A stretch of DNA of 62,136 nucleotides, the filler included, from Chiloscyllium plagiosum (taxonomy: Eukaryota): assembly GCF_004010195.1 (NCBI RefSeq). It is 5 parts of one record of this genome, joined end to end, with 100 filler letters (N's around TTAATTAATTAA, not from the genome) between each part and the next. Parts side by side here need not be neighbours in the genome. Positions count along the whole stretch, not along the records: positions 14,981 to 28,526 come from NC_057715.1; positions 28,627 to 45,634 come from NC_057715.1; 3 more parts are not named here. One strand, 5' to 3'. A program made the position numbers and the translations under genes. The notes under the pieces are model-generated. The model made no database searches, had not been told where the DNA came from, and saw only the letters and a program-made list of their open reading frames with translations. Shown here piece by piece: positions 23,510 to 37,482 of this stretch (position 1 is the stretch's first letter; each line of letters begins with the position of its first letter).

Positions 23510-25563
23510 AAAGACCCAGTACAACCCATGGACAAAACCAACGTCATCACAAAATTCCATGCAAGGACTGCCACAAACGCTACGTAGGACAAACATCAGT
23601 GGTGACCTCCAAGTTTGTCCTGGATGGGGTTCCTGGGGTTTGTGGTGATGTCATTTCCTGTTCGTTTTCTGAGGGGTTGATAGATGGTATCTAGATCTAT
23701 GTGTTTGTTTATGGCGTTGTGGTTGGAGTGCCAGGCTTCTAGGAATTCTCCGGCATGTCTTTGCTTAGCCTGTCCCAGGATAGATGTGTTGTCCCAGTCG
23801 AAATGGTGGGTTTTTTTCCTCCGTGTGTAGGGCTACGAGGGAGAGAGGGTCATGTCTTTTTGTGGCTAGCTGGTGTTCATGTATCCTGGTGGCTAACTTT
23901 CTTCTTGTTTGTCCTATGTAGTGTTTGTGGCAGTCCTTGCATGGAATTTTGTAGATGACATTGGTTTTGCCCATGGGTTGTACTGGGTCTTTTAAGTTTG
24001 TTAGTTTTTGTTAGAGAGTGTTGGTGGGTTTGTGTACTGCTAGGATTCTGAGGGGTCTTAGTAATCTGGCTGTCATTTCTGAGACTTCTTTGATATATGG
24101 TAAGGTGGTTAGGGTTTCTGGCTGTGTTTGTTCTGCTTGTCGTTGCTTGCTCTTGAGGAATCTGCGGACTGTACTTTTTGAGTATCCGTTCTTCTTGAAT
24201 ACGTTGTATAGGTGGTTCTCCTCTATTTTCCGAAGTTCGTCTGTTCCGAAATGCTGCTAGGAAATCTTTCTTGTCAGCATCTCGGTAATTGAAATTTAGT
24301 CCTTTGACTAGTACCGCTTTTTCTGTGTCTGATAGGGTTCGGTCTGAGAAGTTCTTTATCCATGTCCCTGTGTTATTGGTTTTGTCTTTGTTTGTGAGTT
24401 TGTCAAGTTTTTTCTTGACAAACCAACAACACACCCATGGGATCTCCGCTATCAGGATTCATAGCAGAAGCGGTAATGCAAAGACTAGAACAAACAGCCC
24501 GACCAACCATCAAACCAAAAATCTGGGTCCGCTACGTAGATGACACCTTTGTCATCACAAAACGAAACAAGATAGAAGAGACATTTAACATCATCAACAA
24601 CACCCTCACAGGCATAAAGTTCAGCAAGGAGGAAGAAACTGACAACAAACTCGCATTCCTGGACGTTACAGTCGAAAGAAAGGACAATGGAGAACTACAA
24701 ACCTGCGTATACAGAAAACCGACAAACACTGACCAAATACTTAACTACACCAGCAACCATCCCAACACACACAAAGCTGTATCAGAACGCTATTTCAACG
24801 AGCCACCACACACTGCAGCACAGACGAACTTCGGAAAACAGAGGAGAACCACCTATTCAACGTATTCAAGAAGAACAGGTATGCAAAAAATACAGTGCGC
24901 AGATTCCTCAAGAACAATCCGCGAAAAGCAGACCAAACACAGCCAGAAACCCTAACCACCTTACCATATATCAAAGAAGTTTCAGAAATGACAGCCAGAC
25001 TACTGAGACCCCTCAGAATCCTAGTAGCACACAAACCCACCAACACTCTCAAACAAAAACTAACAAACTTAAAAGACCCAGTACAATCCAGGACAAAACC
25101 AATGTCATCTACAAAATTCCATGCAAGGACTGCCACAAACACTACATAGGACAACAGGAAGAAAGTCAGCCACCAGGATACACGATCACCAGCTAGCCAC
25201 AAAAAGACACAACCCTCTCTCCCTCATGGCCCTACACACGGAGGTAAAAAAAACACCATTTCGACTGGGGCAACACATCTATCCTGGGACAGGCTAAGCA
25301 AAGACATGCCAGAGAATTCCTAGAGGCCTGGCATTCCAACCACAACACCAGATCTAGATACCATCTATCAACCCCTCAGAAAAACGAACAGGAAATGACA
25401 TCATCACAAACCCCAGAAACCCCATCCAGGAGAAAGATATAAATAGAAAGCAGGAGACAACAGCTTCGCTTCACTTGGAGGTCGCCTCTGATAATGTTAC
25501 CTAGCCAGGTAATGAAACGTCTGGATATCAAACCTACAGCTCAGCGAGCAAACCTTCACCCTA
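23510..25563. mobile_element. Penelope-like element (Poseidon-type), rearranged: minus-strand block ~23600-24420 and plus-strand block ~24420-25563
   Basis: GSPLSG..AEAVM and WVRYVDDTF RT motifs; GIY-YIG VIYKIPCKDCHKHYIGQT on both strands; degenerate hammerhead at 25485-25524. Confidence 0.92.
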
Positions 25564-25824
25564 TAGAATATGCATTTCTAATGCAGAATCTGACCATTAC
25601 GGGCATGGTCTGTGAAATATGACCATCTGAAAAATCAAAGGTTTCCTGATTTACAATCCGGATGCCCTCTGCAGTTCATATAATCTTAGTGTACCTTTTA
25701 AGAAAGAAGGATTATTGCTCATGCATAATTCCATGAGAGGTTGTAATGTGTCACTATTCAACTTGTCACCATTTAAAGTCCCAAATCAAATCCACTCACG
25801 CAGCAAATAATCTTAGCAACTTTT

Positions 25825-27180
25825 GAAAAGATTTGTAGCCCAGGTTGAGGTTCTGGGTGTAGATTTGCTCGCTGAGCTGGAAGGTTCATTTTCACACTAG
25901 GTAACATCTTCAGTGAGCCTCTGGACAAAGCACTGCTATTGTTTCCTGTATTCTGTTTATATGGTTGGGTTTCTTTGGATGTGTGATGTAATTTCCTGTG
26001 GAGATGTCATTTCCTATTGTGATGTCATTTCCTGTACTTTTTCTCAGGGCATGGTAGATTGAGTCCAAGTCAATGTATTTTCTGATAGAGTTCCAGTTGA
26101 AATGCTATGCTTTTAGGAATTCTTGTGCATGTCTCTGTTTGGGTTATCCTAGGATGGATGTGTTGTCCCAGTCGAAGTGGTGTCCTTCTTCATCTGTATG
26201 TAAAGATACTAGTGAGAGTGGGTCATGTCGTTTATGGCTAATTGATGTTTATGCATCCTAGTGGCTAGCTTTCTGCCTGTTTGTCCGATGTAGTGTTTGT
26301 TACAATTCTTTCAAGGTATTTTGTAAATGACATTAGTTTTGTTTGTTGTCTGTATAGGATCTTTCAAGTTCATGAGCTGCTATTTTAGTGTATTGGTGAG
26401 TTTGTGGGCTACCATGATGCCAAGAGGTCTGAGTAATCTGGCAATCATTTTCAAGATGTCTTTGATGTAGGGGCGAGTGGCTAGGGTTTCTGGACGTGTT
26501 TTGTCTGCTTGTTTGGGTTTGTTGCTCAGAAATCGGCGGACTGTGTTCATTGGGTAGCCATTCTTTTTGAATACACCGTATTGGTGATTTTCCTCTGCTC
26601 TGCGTAGTTCCTCGGTGCTGCAACATGGATTGGCTCATTGGAATAATGTTCTGATGCAGTTTTGATTGTGGATGTTGGGACGATTGCCTCTGGAGTTCAG
26701 TATTTGGTCCGTATGTGTTGTTTTCCTGTAGACGCTGGTTTGAAGCTTCATTGACTATTCGCTCGACTGTGACATCTAGGAATGGCAGTTTGTTGTTGTT
26801 TTCCTCCTTTTTAGTGAATTTTAAGCCAGTAAGGGTATTATTGATGGTCTTGAAGGCTTCCTCTAATTTGTTTCGTTTAGTGATGACAAAGGTGTCATCC
26901 ACGTAGCAGATCCAACGTTTGGGTTGGATGTTGGCAGAGCTGTTTGTTCAAGTCTCTGCATTACTGCCTCTGCTAAGAACTCTGATATCAGAGATTCCAA
27001 GGGTGTTCCGTTGGTTTGTCTGTAGGTTTTGTTGTTGAAGGTGAAGTGGGTGGTAAGGATAGGTCCACTAGCTTGATGATATTGTCCTTGCTGATGAAGT
27101 TGTGGTGTTTGATGCATGTATCTTAGGGTCTTCTAATAGTCTAGTCAATGTTTCCTTGACCACGTTAATGCTGATTGATG
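25825..27180 (-). mobile_element. Penelope-like element (Poseidon-type), degenerate
   Basis: ORFs 26333-26902 and 26863-27117(-) contain THFTFNNKTYRQTNGTP, DDTFVI and LPFLDV. Confidence 0.9.
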
Positions 27181-28526
27181 TGAAGAAAGAGGCTTATGTG
27201 TTGATGAGGCAAGATGGTACAGATGAGGTGATAGAGAGTTACAGATCAGCTAGGAAGGATTTAAAGAGAGAGTTAAGAACAGTAAAGAGAGGACACGAGC
27301 AGTCTTTAGCAAATAGATTAAAGGAGAACCCTAAAGCTTTCTATAGGTATGTGAGGAATAAAAGGATGGTTAGGGTAGGAATAGGTGGGAAGTTGAGTGT
27401 AGATCCTGTGGAGATCGGAGAGATGCTAAATGAACATTTCTCATCAGTGTTTACTCAGGAAAAGGAGAATATTGTTGAGGAGAAGAATGAGGTACGAAAT
27501 ATTAGACTACAAAGGATCGAGGTTAGTTACACACAGGTGTTATCAATTCTAGAAGGAGTGAGAGTAGACAAGTCCCCTGGGCCGGATGGGATTTATCCGA
27601 GGATTCTCTGGGAAGCTAGGGAGGAGATAGCAGAGCCTTTGGCTTTGATATTTGTCTACGGGTTTAGTACCTGAGGACTGGAGGATTGCAAATGTTGCCC
27701 TTGTTCAAGAAGGGCAGCAGAGATGACCCAGGTAATTATTGACCAGTGAGCCTTACTTCTGTTGTAGGAAAGGTTTTGGAAAGGATTTTGAGAGATAAGG
27801 TTTATAATCATCTAGTAAGCAACAATTTGATTTCAGACAGTCAACATGGTTTCGTCAAGGGTTAGTCATGTCTCACAAACCTCATTGAGTTTTTTGAGAA
27901 GGTGACCAAGCATGTAGATGAGGATAGGGAGTTGACATGGTGTACATGGACTTCAGTAAAGCCTTTGATAAGGTTCCACATGGTAGGCTGATGGAGAAAA
28001 TGCTGAGGCATGGAATTGAGGGTGATTTAGCAGTTTGGATTAGAAAGTGGCTTTCTGAAAGAAGGTAGCGAGTGATGGTTGATGGAAAATATTCAGCCTG
28101 GCGTCCGGTTACTAGTGGTGTGCCACAAGGATCAGTTTTGGGACCACTGCTGTTTGTCATTTTAATAAATGACTTAGACACAGGCATAGGTGGATGGATT
28201 AGTAAGTTTGCAGATGACATGAAAGTCAGTGGAGTAGTGGACAGTTTGGAAGAATGTTACAGGTTGCAGGGGGATTTGGATAAACTACAGAATTGGGCTG
28301 AGAGGTGGCAAATGGAGTTCAATGCAGCTAAATGTGAGGTGATGCACTTTGGGAAGAATAACAGGATAGCAGAGTACTTGGTCAATGGAATGATTCTTGG
28401 TAGTGTGGATGTGCAGAGGGATCTTGGAGTCCATGTACATAGAACCCTGAAAGTTGCCACCCAGGTGGATAGTGCTGTTAAGAAGGCATACGGTGTGTTA
28501 GGTTTCATTGGTAGAGGGATTGAGTT
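27181..28526 (+). mobile_element. CR1 LINE ORF2 (RT), truncated by gap
   Basis: NPKAFYRYV, DKSPGPDGIYPR, SGVPQGSVLGP and FADD motifs in ORFs 27102-27674 and 28072-28578. Confidence 0.95.
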
Positions 28527-28626
28527 NNNNNNNNNNNNNNNNNNNNNNNNNNNNNNNNNNNNNNNNNNNNTTAATTAATTAANNNNNNNNNNNNNNNNNN
28601 NNNNNNNNNNNNNNNNNNNNNNNNNN

Positions 28627-29030
28627 ATTGGATGGGGAAGAAGGAAGATGGGCAGGTCATGAGGGCGGTGCCATGTTGGAGGGTTGAATCTGGGATGAGG
28701 TGGGAGGGGAGGGGAGAATTGGAAACTAGACAAATTTACGTTGATGCTATGTGATTGAAAGGTCCCAAAGTGTAAGATGAGGCATTCTTTCTCCAGTTGG
28801 TGGTTGGCTTTGAATTGGTGGTGGAGGAGGCCCAAGATTTTAATGTCCTTGGGGGATTGGGAGGGGGAGTTGAAGTGGTCGGCCAGAGGGCAGTGGGATT
28901 ATTTGGTGCGTGTGTCCCTGAAAAACTCCACAAGTTGACATCCTGTCTTTCCCAATGTAAAGAAGACCACATCGAGAGCAAAGGACGCAGTAGATGAGGT
29001 GGATGGATGTACAGGAAAATCTCTGCCAGA
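28627..29030 (-). mobile_element. Neptune-type Penelope GIY-YIG/3' fragment
   Basis: Similar to the 3' part of the element at 52780-53260 (CGLLYIG..., LEKECLILHFGTFQSHSINV). Confidence 0.7.
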
Positions 29031-30595
29031 TTGGCGGAATACAGGGTTAATGGTTAATGGTAGGGTTCTTAGTCAGGTGGAGGAACAGAGGGATCTTGGG
29101 TCTATGTACATAGATCTTTGAAGGTTGCCACTCAGGTGGATAGAGTTTGTAAGAAGGCCTATGGAGTATTATCGTTCATTAGCAGAGGGATTGAATTCAA
29201 GAGTCGTGAAGTGATGTTGCAGCTGTACAGGACTTTGGTTAGGCCACATTTGGAGTACTGTGTGCATTTCTGGTCGCCTCACTTTAGGAAAGGTGTGGAA
29301 GCTTTGGAGAGGGTGCAGAGACGATTTACTAGGATGTTGCCTGGAATGGAGAATAGGTCGTACGAGGATAGGTTGAGAGTTCTCGGCCTTTTCTCGTTGG
29401 AACGGCGAAGGATGAGGGGTGACTTGATAGAGGTTTATAAGATGATCAGAGGAATAGATAGAGTAGACAGTCAGAAACTTTTTCCCCGGGTACAACAGAG
29501 TGTTACAAGGGGACATAAATTTAAGGTGAAGGGTGGAAGGTATAGGGGAGATGTCAGGGGTGGGTTCTTTACCCAGAGAGTGGTGGGGGCATGGAATGCG
29601 CTGCCCGTGGGAGTGGTAGAGTCGGAATCATTAGTGACCTTTAAGCGGCATTTGGATAGGTACATGGATGGGTACTTAATCTAGGTTAGAAGTTCGGCAC
29701 AACATCGTGGGCCGAAGGGCCTGTTCTGTGCTGTATTGTTCTATGTTCTATGTTCTATGTTCTAGTTCTGGTCACCGCATGATAGGAAGGATATGGAAGC
29801 GTTAGAAAGGGTTCTGAGGAGATTTACTAGAATGTTGCCTGGGGTGGAGGGAGGATCTTATGAGGAAAGGCTGAGGGACTTGAGGCTGTTTTCATTAGAG
29901 AGAAGAAGGTTGAGAGGTGTCTTAATTAAGACATATAAGATAATCAGAGGATTAGATAGGGTGGACAGGGAGAGCCTTTTTCCTCAGATGGTGATGGCTA
30001 GCATGAGGGGACATAGCTTTAAATTGAGGGATGATAGATATAGGACAGATGTCAGAGGTAGTTTCTCTACTCAGAGAGTAGTAGGGGCTTGGATCGCACT
30101 GCCTGAAACAGTAGTAGACTCACCAACTTTAAGGGCATTTAAGTGGTCATTGGATAGATGTATGGATGAGAAAGGAATTGTGTAGGTTAGATGGGCTTCA
30201 GATTAGTTTCACAAGTTGGCGTAACATCGAAGGCCAAAGGGCCTGTGCTGTGCTGTAATGTTCTATATTCTAAGTCTTTTCCCTGGGGTGGGGAAGTCTA
30301 TAACTAGAGGGCATAGGTTTAGGGTGAGAGAGGAAAGATTTAAAAGGGACCTAAGGGGCAACTTTCTCATGCAAAGGGTGGTGTGTGTATGGAATGAGCT
30401 GCCAGAGGAGGTGGTGGAGGTGGGTACAATTACAATGTTTAAAAGACATCTGGATGGGTACATGAATAGGAAGAGTATAGTGGGATATGGGCCAAGAGCT
30501 GGCAAATGGGACTACATTGGGTTAGGAAATCTGGTCATCACGGAAGGGTTGGACTGAAGGGTCTGTTTCCATGCTGTACATATCTATGACTCTAC
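29031..30595 (+). mobile_element. Three stacked CR1 3' ends (~29031-29763, ~29764-30272, ~30273-30595)
   Basis: ORFs 29118-29684, 29793-30185 and 30258-30557 are CR1 C-termini, each followed by its own tail (e.g. (tgttcta)n at ~29737-29764). Confidence 0.9.
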
Positions 30596-31159
30596 AGCAA
30601 GAAAGAACCTGTAGGAAATGATGATGAACAGATTGGGCCCACATCAATTAGAATCAAAAATTGGCAGGCAAATCTATGGGCTCCGTGTAAACAGATCGGA
30701 GCAAGTAGAAGGGCAGGTCAAGGCAAACAACAAAGTAAGACAGCAAAACAGATGGATGTAGTGCAGAATTTAACTCCTTGTGCAAACCTTCCCATTGGGG
30801 AGGGTTCTGTCTCAGAGGAACATCTCTTTAAATAGTAGCCTTTGCCTGTCTACTGTAAAATATTTTTATCTGGTTTTCCAATCAGTCTGAGCCAACTTGC
30901 TCCTTTGTACCTCTGTACTCTCCAGTGATCAACTTAAAGACCCTCATTTCAAAATGTCCCACATTTAATGAAAAATTGTATTCATCTCTGGTCATGATTT
31001 CCCAAAGAGACCTTTACGGTAAGGTTATTAATTAGCCCTTTCTGACCTTTAGATTTGAAATCTAAAATAGCTCAATTTGCAGGTGATTTTTCAACATATT
31101 GCTCCTGAAAACACTCTCCTGTGCATTGAAGGAATTTGTCCTGCACAATATTACTGCAT

Positions 31160-32385
31160 GATGTGGAGGAGCCAGTGTTGGACTGGGTTGGACAAAGTTA
31201 AAAAATCACACAACACCAAGTTATAGTCCAACAGGTTTAATGGAAGAAGCACTAACTTTCGGAGCGCTGCTCCTTCATCAGGTAGCTGTGGAAGAGGATC
31301 ATAAGACACAGAATTTATAGCAAAAGATCTCAGTGTCACGCAACTGAAACAATATATTGAACAAACCTAGATTGCTGTTACGTCTTTCATCTTTTAGAAT
31401 GGGTTGCAAGTTTCAGTTCATAAATATGTAAATCCCAGATTCTTGATTTCAAGTCAGATTCTTGAAATAACAAGGTTTTATTTTTTAAAAAAGTGACATC
31501 TCAGCTCGGACAATGCATTAAACATGTGAGGTTAGAGTCTGCCTGCATCCCAATCTTGAGCCAGACTGGTTCTATTTCCAAAGTAGAAATTTATAAAATG
31601 CTGCATGGATTTACTGCTTGCTTTGACTGCCTGCAGATTGTGTTCTTTTTGAACAAAATAGAATGTATCTGCAATTACAATTCTGCAAATGCAAATTCAC
31701 CCCATAGACGTATATGTGTGTGCATGCACGTGATGGGGGGCGGGGGGGGCGGGGGGAGACAGAGAGGGAGGAGAGAGAGAGCGAGAGAGCGAAATTTTGT
31801 GTGTGTGTGTAGTGCAGTGGGCTCATCTGTAGTGAGGAGAAAGTGAAGTCTGCAGATGCTGGAGATCAAAGCTGAAAATGTGTTGCTGGAAAAGCGCAGC
31901 AGGTGAGGCAGCATCCAGGGAACAGGAGAATCGACGTTTCGGGCATAAGCCCTTCATCTGTAGTGTGACATGAACCCAAGGTCCCGGTTGAGGCCATCCT
32001 CATGGGTTCGGAAATCAGCTCTCAGGCTCTGCTCGGCCACCCTGCATTGCTGCGTATCCGGAAGTCTGCCTTGGAGGATGGTCACCTGAACATCTGTGGC
32101 CAAATGTCCTGGACTCTGAAGTGTTCCCCAACTGGGAGGGAACACCACTGTCTGGTAATTGTTGTGTGGTGTCCATTCATCAGTTGTTGTTGCGTCTGTT
32201 CAGTCTCGCCAATGTACCAAGCCTCAGGGCATCCTTGCCTGCAGCATATGAGATAGACAACGTTGGCTGAGTCACATGAGTACCTGCCGTGTACATGGTA
32301 GGAGGTGTCCCCATGTGTAATGGTGGTATCCATGTCCACACTCTGACATGTCTTACAGCGGTTGTCATGACTGGGTTGTATTACT
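31160..32385 (-). mobile_element. Penelope-like element 3' portion (GIY-YIG plus terminal repeat)
   Basis: ORF 32082-32339(-) YSCDSANVVYLICCRQGCPEAWYIGET; hammerhead motif at 31250-31284. Nested insert 31835-31953 has TSD tcatctgtagtg (31823-31834, 31954-31965). Confidence 0.85.
31250..31284 (-). ncRNA. Minimal hammerhead ribozyme motif
   Basis: Reverse complement tac-CTGATGA-a-ggagc agc gctcc-GAAA-gt-TA-gtg; perfect 5-bp stem II. Confidence 0.7.
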
Positions 32386-33356
32386 GTAGATTATGTTTAC
32401 CCAGTCTCCATACAAATTGAAATCATGGCAGTCTCTCCAAGCGTGGTTATCTCGGCTCTGTGGAGCGGTCTCCCGGTGCTGATGTCTCGTTGAACAGTCT
32501 GCCTTAATTTCAGTGAACACTGCCGGCCTGGTGTTCCAATGACCCCCACGGCATTTTCACGTGTGGTGACCTTGTCCCTTCGGTGGGTGCTTCTGCCCCA
32601 GTGACCTGTTCGCCTGGCACTTTAATTGACCTTCTTGTCAGTGGTTTGCTTCAGAGGCATTCAGCCCAGTTTTCCCGGCGTTCCAGTGTTTTGGTTTTTG
32701 CTCCGGCGTGTTGTTCTCATCATGGATGATGTTTTCACTCCTTCTGTGTGTATCATCTCTTGATCAGCTTCCTTCAAGAGCCTTTAAATAGACTTTGATG
32801 AACTTTGGTCTTAAATTTACTTTAATTGCCAGTTATAAATGTACTTATGATCCCTGTCGTTAATATAGGTGCCATATGGTAGGGCAACTTATAACACTTT
32901 TCACTGTATTTTGTTTGTAAAAGTACAGATTCTATACTTTCCATAGAAATGAATTCTATAATTCTATAATAATCCTCATTATTACAAATATGTAATGACA
33001 ATTTACAGCTGTTGCAACCGTTTAAGATAATAAAAAAGTAGAGTCTGAAAGAAAGACAGCTAGTAATATAAAACAAACAGCAAGACTTTGAAGAAGAATT
33101 GAGTAACTCAATTTATGTTGGTCCTTTAGAGATGGAGTCCAAGGAATTGATAATGAAAAACAAATAAGTAGCAAAGTCTTTGAACGTCTTCACATTTGAA
33201 GACATACAAACTTTCCCAAAGAAAACTGAAAATCAGGAGGTGATTGAGATACAAAATTGAAGCAATCACCATCACCAGACAAAAGTGGCCACAAAAAGTA
33301 TGGGGACCAGGAGATTGATAGGTCCTCAGGCTGGGTTACCTCCTCAGACCTAAAAT

Positions 33357-33683
33357 GGCAGCACGGTGGCTCAGTGGTTCGCACTGCTGCCTCACAGTGC
33401 TGGGGGTTGGATTCAATTCTACCCTTGGTTGACTGTGAGTTCGTACAGTCTCCCCGTGTCAGTGTGGGTTTCCTATGGGTGCTCCAGTTTCCTCCCACAG
33501 TCTAAAGATGTGCAGGTCATGTAAATTGGATATGTTAAATTGCCCATAATGTTCAGGGATGTGTAGGTGAGGTGCTTTAGTCAGGGATAAATGCAGGGGT
33601 ATGGGCCTGAGAAGGTTACTAGTCAGGGGGTCTGTGTGGACATGTTGGGCCAAAATGGCCTGTTTCCACACGGTAGGGAATCT
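33357..33683 (+). mobile_element. HE1-like V-SINE
   Basis: ggcagcacggtggctcagtggtt..cactgctgcctcacag tRNA-like head; V-domain tctccccgtgtcagtgtgggtttcc; CR1-like tail. Confidence 0.9.
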
Positions 33684-35008
33684 GTTGTGGTTCTGTTCGC
33701 CGAGCTGGAAATGTTTGTTGCAAACATTTCGTCCCCTGTCTAGGTGACATCCTCAGTGCTTGGGAGCCTCCTGTGAAGCGCTTCTGTGGTGTTTCCTCCG
33801 GCATTTATAGTGGCCTGTCCCTGCCGCTTCCGGTTGTCAGTTTCAGCACTCAGACAACAACTCACCAGAACGAAGGACCCNNNNNNNNNNNNNNNNNNNN
33901 NNNNNNNNNNNNNNNNNNNNNNNNNNNNNNNNNNNNNNNNNNNNNNNNNNNNNNNNNNNNNNNNNNNNNNNNNNNNNNNNNNNNNNNNNNNNNNNNNNNN
34001 NNNNNNNNNNNNNNNNNNNNNNNNNNNNNNNNNNNNNNNNNNNNNNNNNNNNNNNNNNNNNNNNNNNNNNNNNNNNNNNNNNNNNNNNNNNNNNNNNNNN
34101 NNNNNNNNNNNNNNNNNNNNNNNNNNNNNNNNNNNNNNNNNNNNNNNNNNNNNNNNNNNNNNNNNNNNNNNNNTCCTTTTCTTCTTCTCTCGTGAATCGG
34201 ATTCCTGTGAGTGTGGAGTTGATGATCTGGTGTGTTTTCTCTATTTCTGTGTTTTTAATGATTACGAACGTGTCATCGACATATCTGACCCAGAGTTTGG
34301 GTTGATTTTGTGGTAAGACTGTTTGTTCTAACCTTTGCATTACCGCTTCTGCTATGAGTCCAGATATGGGTGAGCCCATGGGTGTGCCATTGATTTGTTC
34401 GTATATCTGGTTGTTGAATGTGAAGTGTGTTGTGAGGCACAGGTCCAGTAGTTTAAGTATGCCGTCTTTGTTGATAGGTTCCACGTCCTGTTGTCTGTTC
34501 TATATGTCCAGCAGGTTGGCTATTGTTTCTCTGGCTAGGGTTTTATCAATAGAGGTGAACAGTGCTGTTACGTCGAATGAGACCATAGTTTCTTCCTTGT
34601 CTATGTGTATATTTCTGATGATGTCCAAGAATTCCTGTGTTGACTGTATAGATTTCTGGATCCGCTGATCAGGTGTTTCAGTTTCTTTAGCCAGTTTGTG
34701 TGATGGTGTCCCTGGGGTAGTGATACTATGGGTCTGAGTGGGATGTCTGGTTTGTGCACTTTAGGTAGTCCATAGAATCTGGGGGTGTTGTTGCGTTCAG
34801 GTTTCATTCCCTGTTGGTCAAACCTGGTTATCTGTCCGTTTTTTTGTAGATTCCTCAGTGTGTTATCTATCCTATTGGTGAGCTGTGGGGTGGGGTCAAA
34901 CTCTCTCTTTTGGTCGGTGTTGGTATCTGCAGGTAGTTGTTGGACTTTTTGGGTGTATTCTGCTTTGTCCAGGATGACCGTCATTCTGCCTTTGTCTGCT
35001 GGTAGTAT
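33684..35008 (-). mobile_element. Poseidon-type Penelope element inserted in the SINE tail (spans a gap)
   Basis: PRFYGLPKVHKPDIPLRPIVS, GTPMGSP and WVRYVDDTF; 11-bp TSD gtagggaatct at 33673-33683 and 35009-35019. Confidence 0.92.
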
Positions 35009-35189
35009 GTAGGGAATCTATCTGATGAGGAAAGTGGCTGCAAAGAGAGGAGATGCATTGGTAATAATCGATTGGATTTTGAATAGGTGCTAGTGGATTG
35101 GAAAAGTGCAAATGTAATACTTGCATTCAAGTTAGGAGGCAGGCAGAAAACAGGCAACTATGGACCAGTTAACCTAACATCTATTGTCA

Positions 35190-35485
35190 GGGTAGACAAT
35201 GACCTAGTGGTATTATCACTGGACTATTGATCCAAGTAATGTCCCAAGGACCTGGGTTCGAATCCATGGCAGATGGTTGAAATTTGAATTCAATAAAAAT
35301 GTGGAAATAAGAATCCATTGTTGGGGGAAATCCAATCTGGTTCACTAATGCCTTTTCAGGAAGAAAACTGCCACCTTGGTCAGACCCACAACAATGTAAT
35401 TGACACTTGACTGCCTTCTGAGCAATTAGAGATAAGCAATACATGCTGGCCTAGCCAGTGATTACCTCATCCCAAGAATAAATAA
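35190..35485 (+). mobile_element. DeuSINE (SacSINE1-like)
   Basis: Head acctagtggtattatcactggact...gggttcgaatcc; core ggttcactaatgcc..cagg..aaactgcc; tail gctggcctagccag. Confidence 0.8.
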
Positions 35486-35659
35486 GGGAAAGAAAGGAAC
35501 TTGCTAGAATCTATGATAATGGAGGTTATCAAAGGATACTTAGAAAAATCATGATGTAATCAGGCAGAGCTGCCAAGACCTTGTGAAAGTGAAATTATGT
35601 TTAACTAACATTTTGGAGGTTTTTTTTGATGAAGCAACATTCTACAGAATCATGAAATC

Positions 35660-35885
35660 CCCACATTGCACAAGTAAGCCATTCAGCCCCAGCCTCCCTC
35701 CCAGACTCCCCCACTATCCCTATGGCTAATCTACCTAATCTGTATATCTCTGGACTATGGGAGGAAACCCACACAGACACAGGGAGAACATGCCAACTCC
35801 ACACAGACAGTCACCCAAGGATAGAATTGAAGCCAGGTCCCTCGCACTGTGAGGCAGCGGTGCTAACCACTGAGTCATCTTGCCA
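35660..35885 (-). mobile_element. HE1-like V-SINE
   Basis: ggaaacccacacagacacagggagaacatgccaactccacacaga...gaggcagcggtgctaaccactgag. Confidence 0.8.
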
Positions 35886-37482
35886 TTCTAATGGAGAAAA
35901 TAGACCAAGCAGATGTGATGCACATGGAGTTCTGAAAACTGTTTGATAAAGTTTGTGTGTCAGATAAGAGCAATGGTGTATGGGGAAACATATGAACGTG
36001 GATAAAGAATGAGTTCACTCTTAAGAAGCAGAGAGTGTGGATGAACAGGTCATTGTCAGGTTGACAAGCTGTGACCATTGGAGTTCCTCAGGGACCAGTT
36101 CTCAAGCCATGCTTATTTACAGCAAATATCAATGATTTGGGTGACAGACCGAGTATGGGTTAGCTAAATTTGCTGACGGTACCAATATAGGCAGGAAAGT
36201 AAGTTATCAAGAGGAGATCTGCAAGGGGCTATAGACAGGTGAAGTGAGTAGGCAAAATAGGAGTTTAACAATAGGTACATGTGAATTTGTCCATCTTGGC
36301 AGGCTGAATAGAAAAGCAGTATGGAGGGAGATTGCAGGATTTAATGTGCAGAGGTATCTGGGCTCCTGATCCATAAATCACTACATGATAGTATATAAGA
36401 GAGGTGAATAATTAGGAAGGGAAATGGAATGTTCTCTATTGCAAGAAAATGGAATAATAAAATAGGGAAGACTTACAGTCGCTGTACACCCCATTGATGA
36501 AAGCACATCTGGAGTGACATGTATCGTCTTGAGCTACTTATTTTAAAGAAAATGTAATTCCTTCAGAATGTGTGCAGCAAAGGTTCACTCAACACATGCC
36601 CTCAATTGCATGAAAAGTTCATCTTAACAGGAAAGATTGAACAGTTTGGACCCATGTTCATTGAAATGTAGAAGAATGAAAGCTAATCTTCTTGAAACAG
36701 AGAAGATCCTGAGTGAATTTGACAAGGTGGCATCTAGGGAGTTGAGTACAGCAGGAAATTTGAGGTGAGACCANNNNNNNNNNNNNNNNNNNNNNNNNNN
36801 NNNNNNNNNNNNNNNNNNNNNNNNNNNNNNNNNNNNNNNNNNNNNNNNNNNNNNNNNNNNNNNNNNNNNNNNNNNNNNNNNNNNNNNNNNNNNNNNNNNN
36901 NNNNNNNNNNNNNNNNNNNNNNNNNNNNNNNNNNNNNNNNNNNNNNNNNNNNNNNNNNNNNNNNNNNNNNNNNNNNNNNNNNNNNNNNNNNNNNNNNNNN
37001 NNNNNNNNNNNNNNNNNNNNNNNNNNNNNNNNNNNNNNNNNNNNNNNNNNNNNNNNNNNNNNNNNNNNNNNNNNNNNNNNNNNNNNNNNNNNNNNNNNNN
37101 NNNNNNNNNNNNNNNNNNNNNNNNNNNNNNNNNNNNNNNNNNNNNNNNNNNNNNNNNNNNNNNNNNNNNNNNNNNNNNNNNNNNNNNNNNNNNNNNNNNN
37201 NNNNNNNNNNNNNNNNNNNNNNNNNNNNNNNNNNNNNNNNNNNNNNNNNNNNNNNNNNNNNNNNNNNNNNNNNGCTCTGCCCCAGAGGGCAGTGGAGGCC
37301 AAGACTTTGGATACTTTCAAGAAAGAGTTGGATAGAGCTCTTAAGGATAGTGGAATCAAGGGTTATGGAGATAAGGCAGGAACAGGATACTGATTGTGGA
37401 TGATCAGCCATGATCATATTGAATGGTGGTGCAGGCTCGAAGGGCAGAATGGCCTACTCCTGCACCTGTTGTCTATTGTCTA

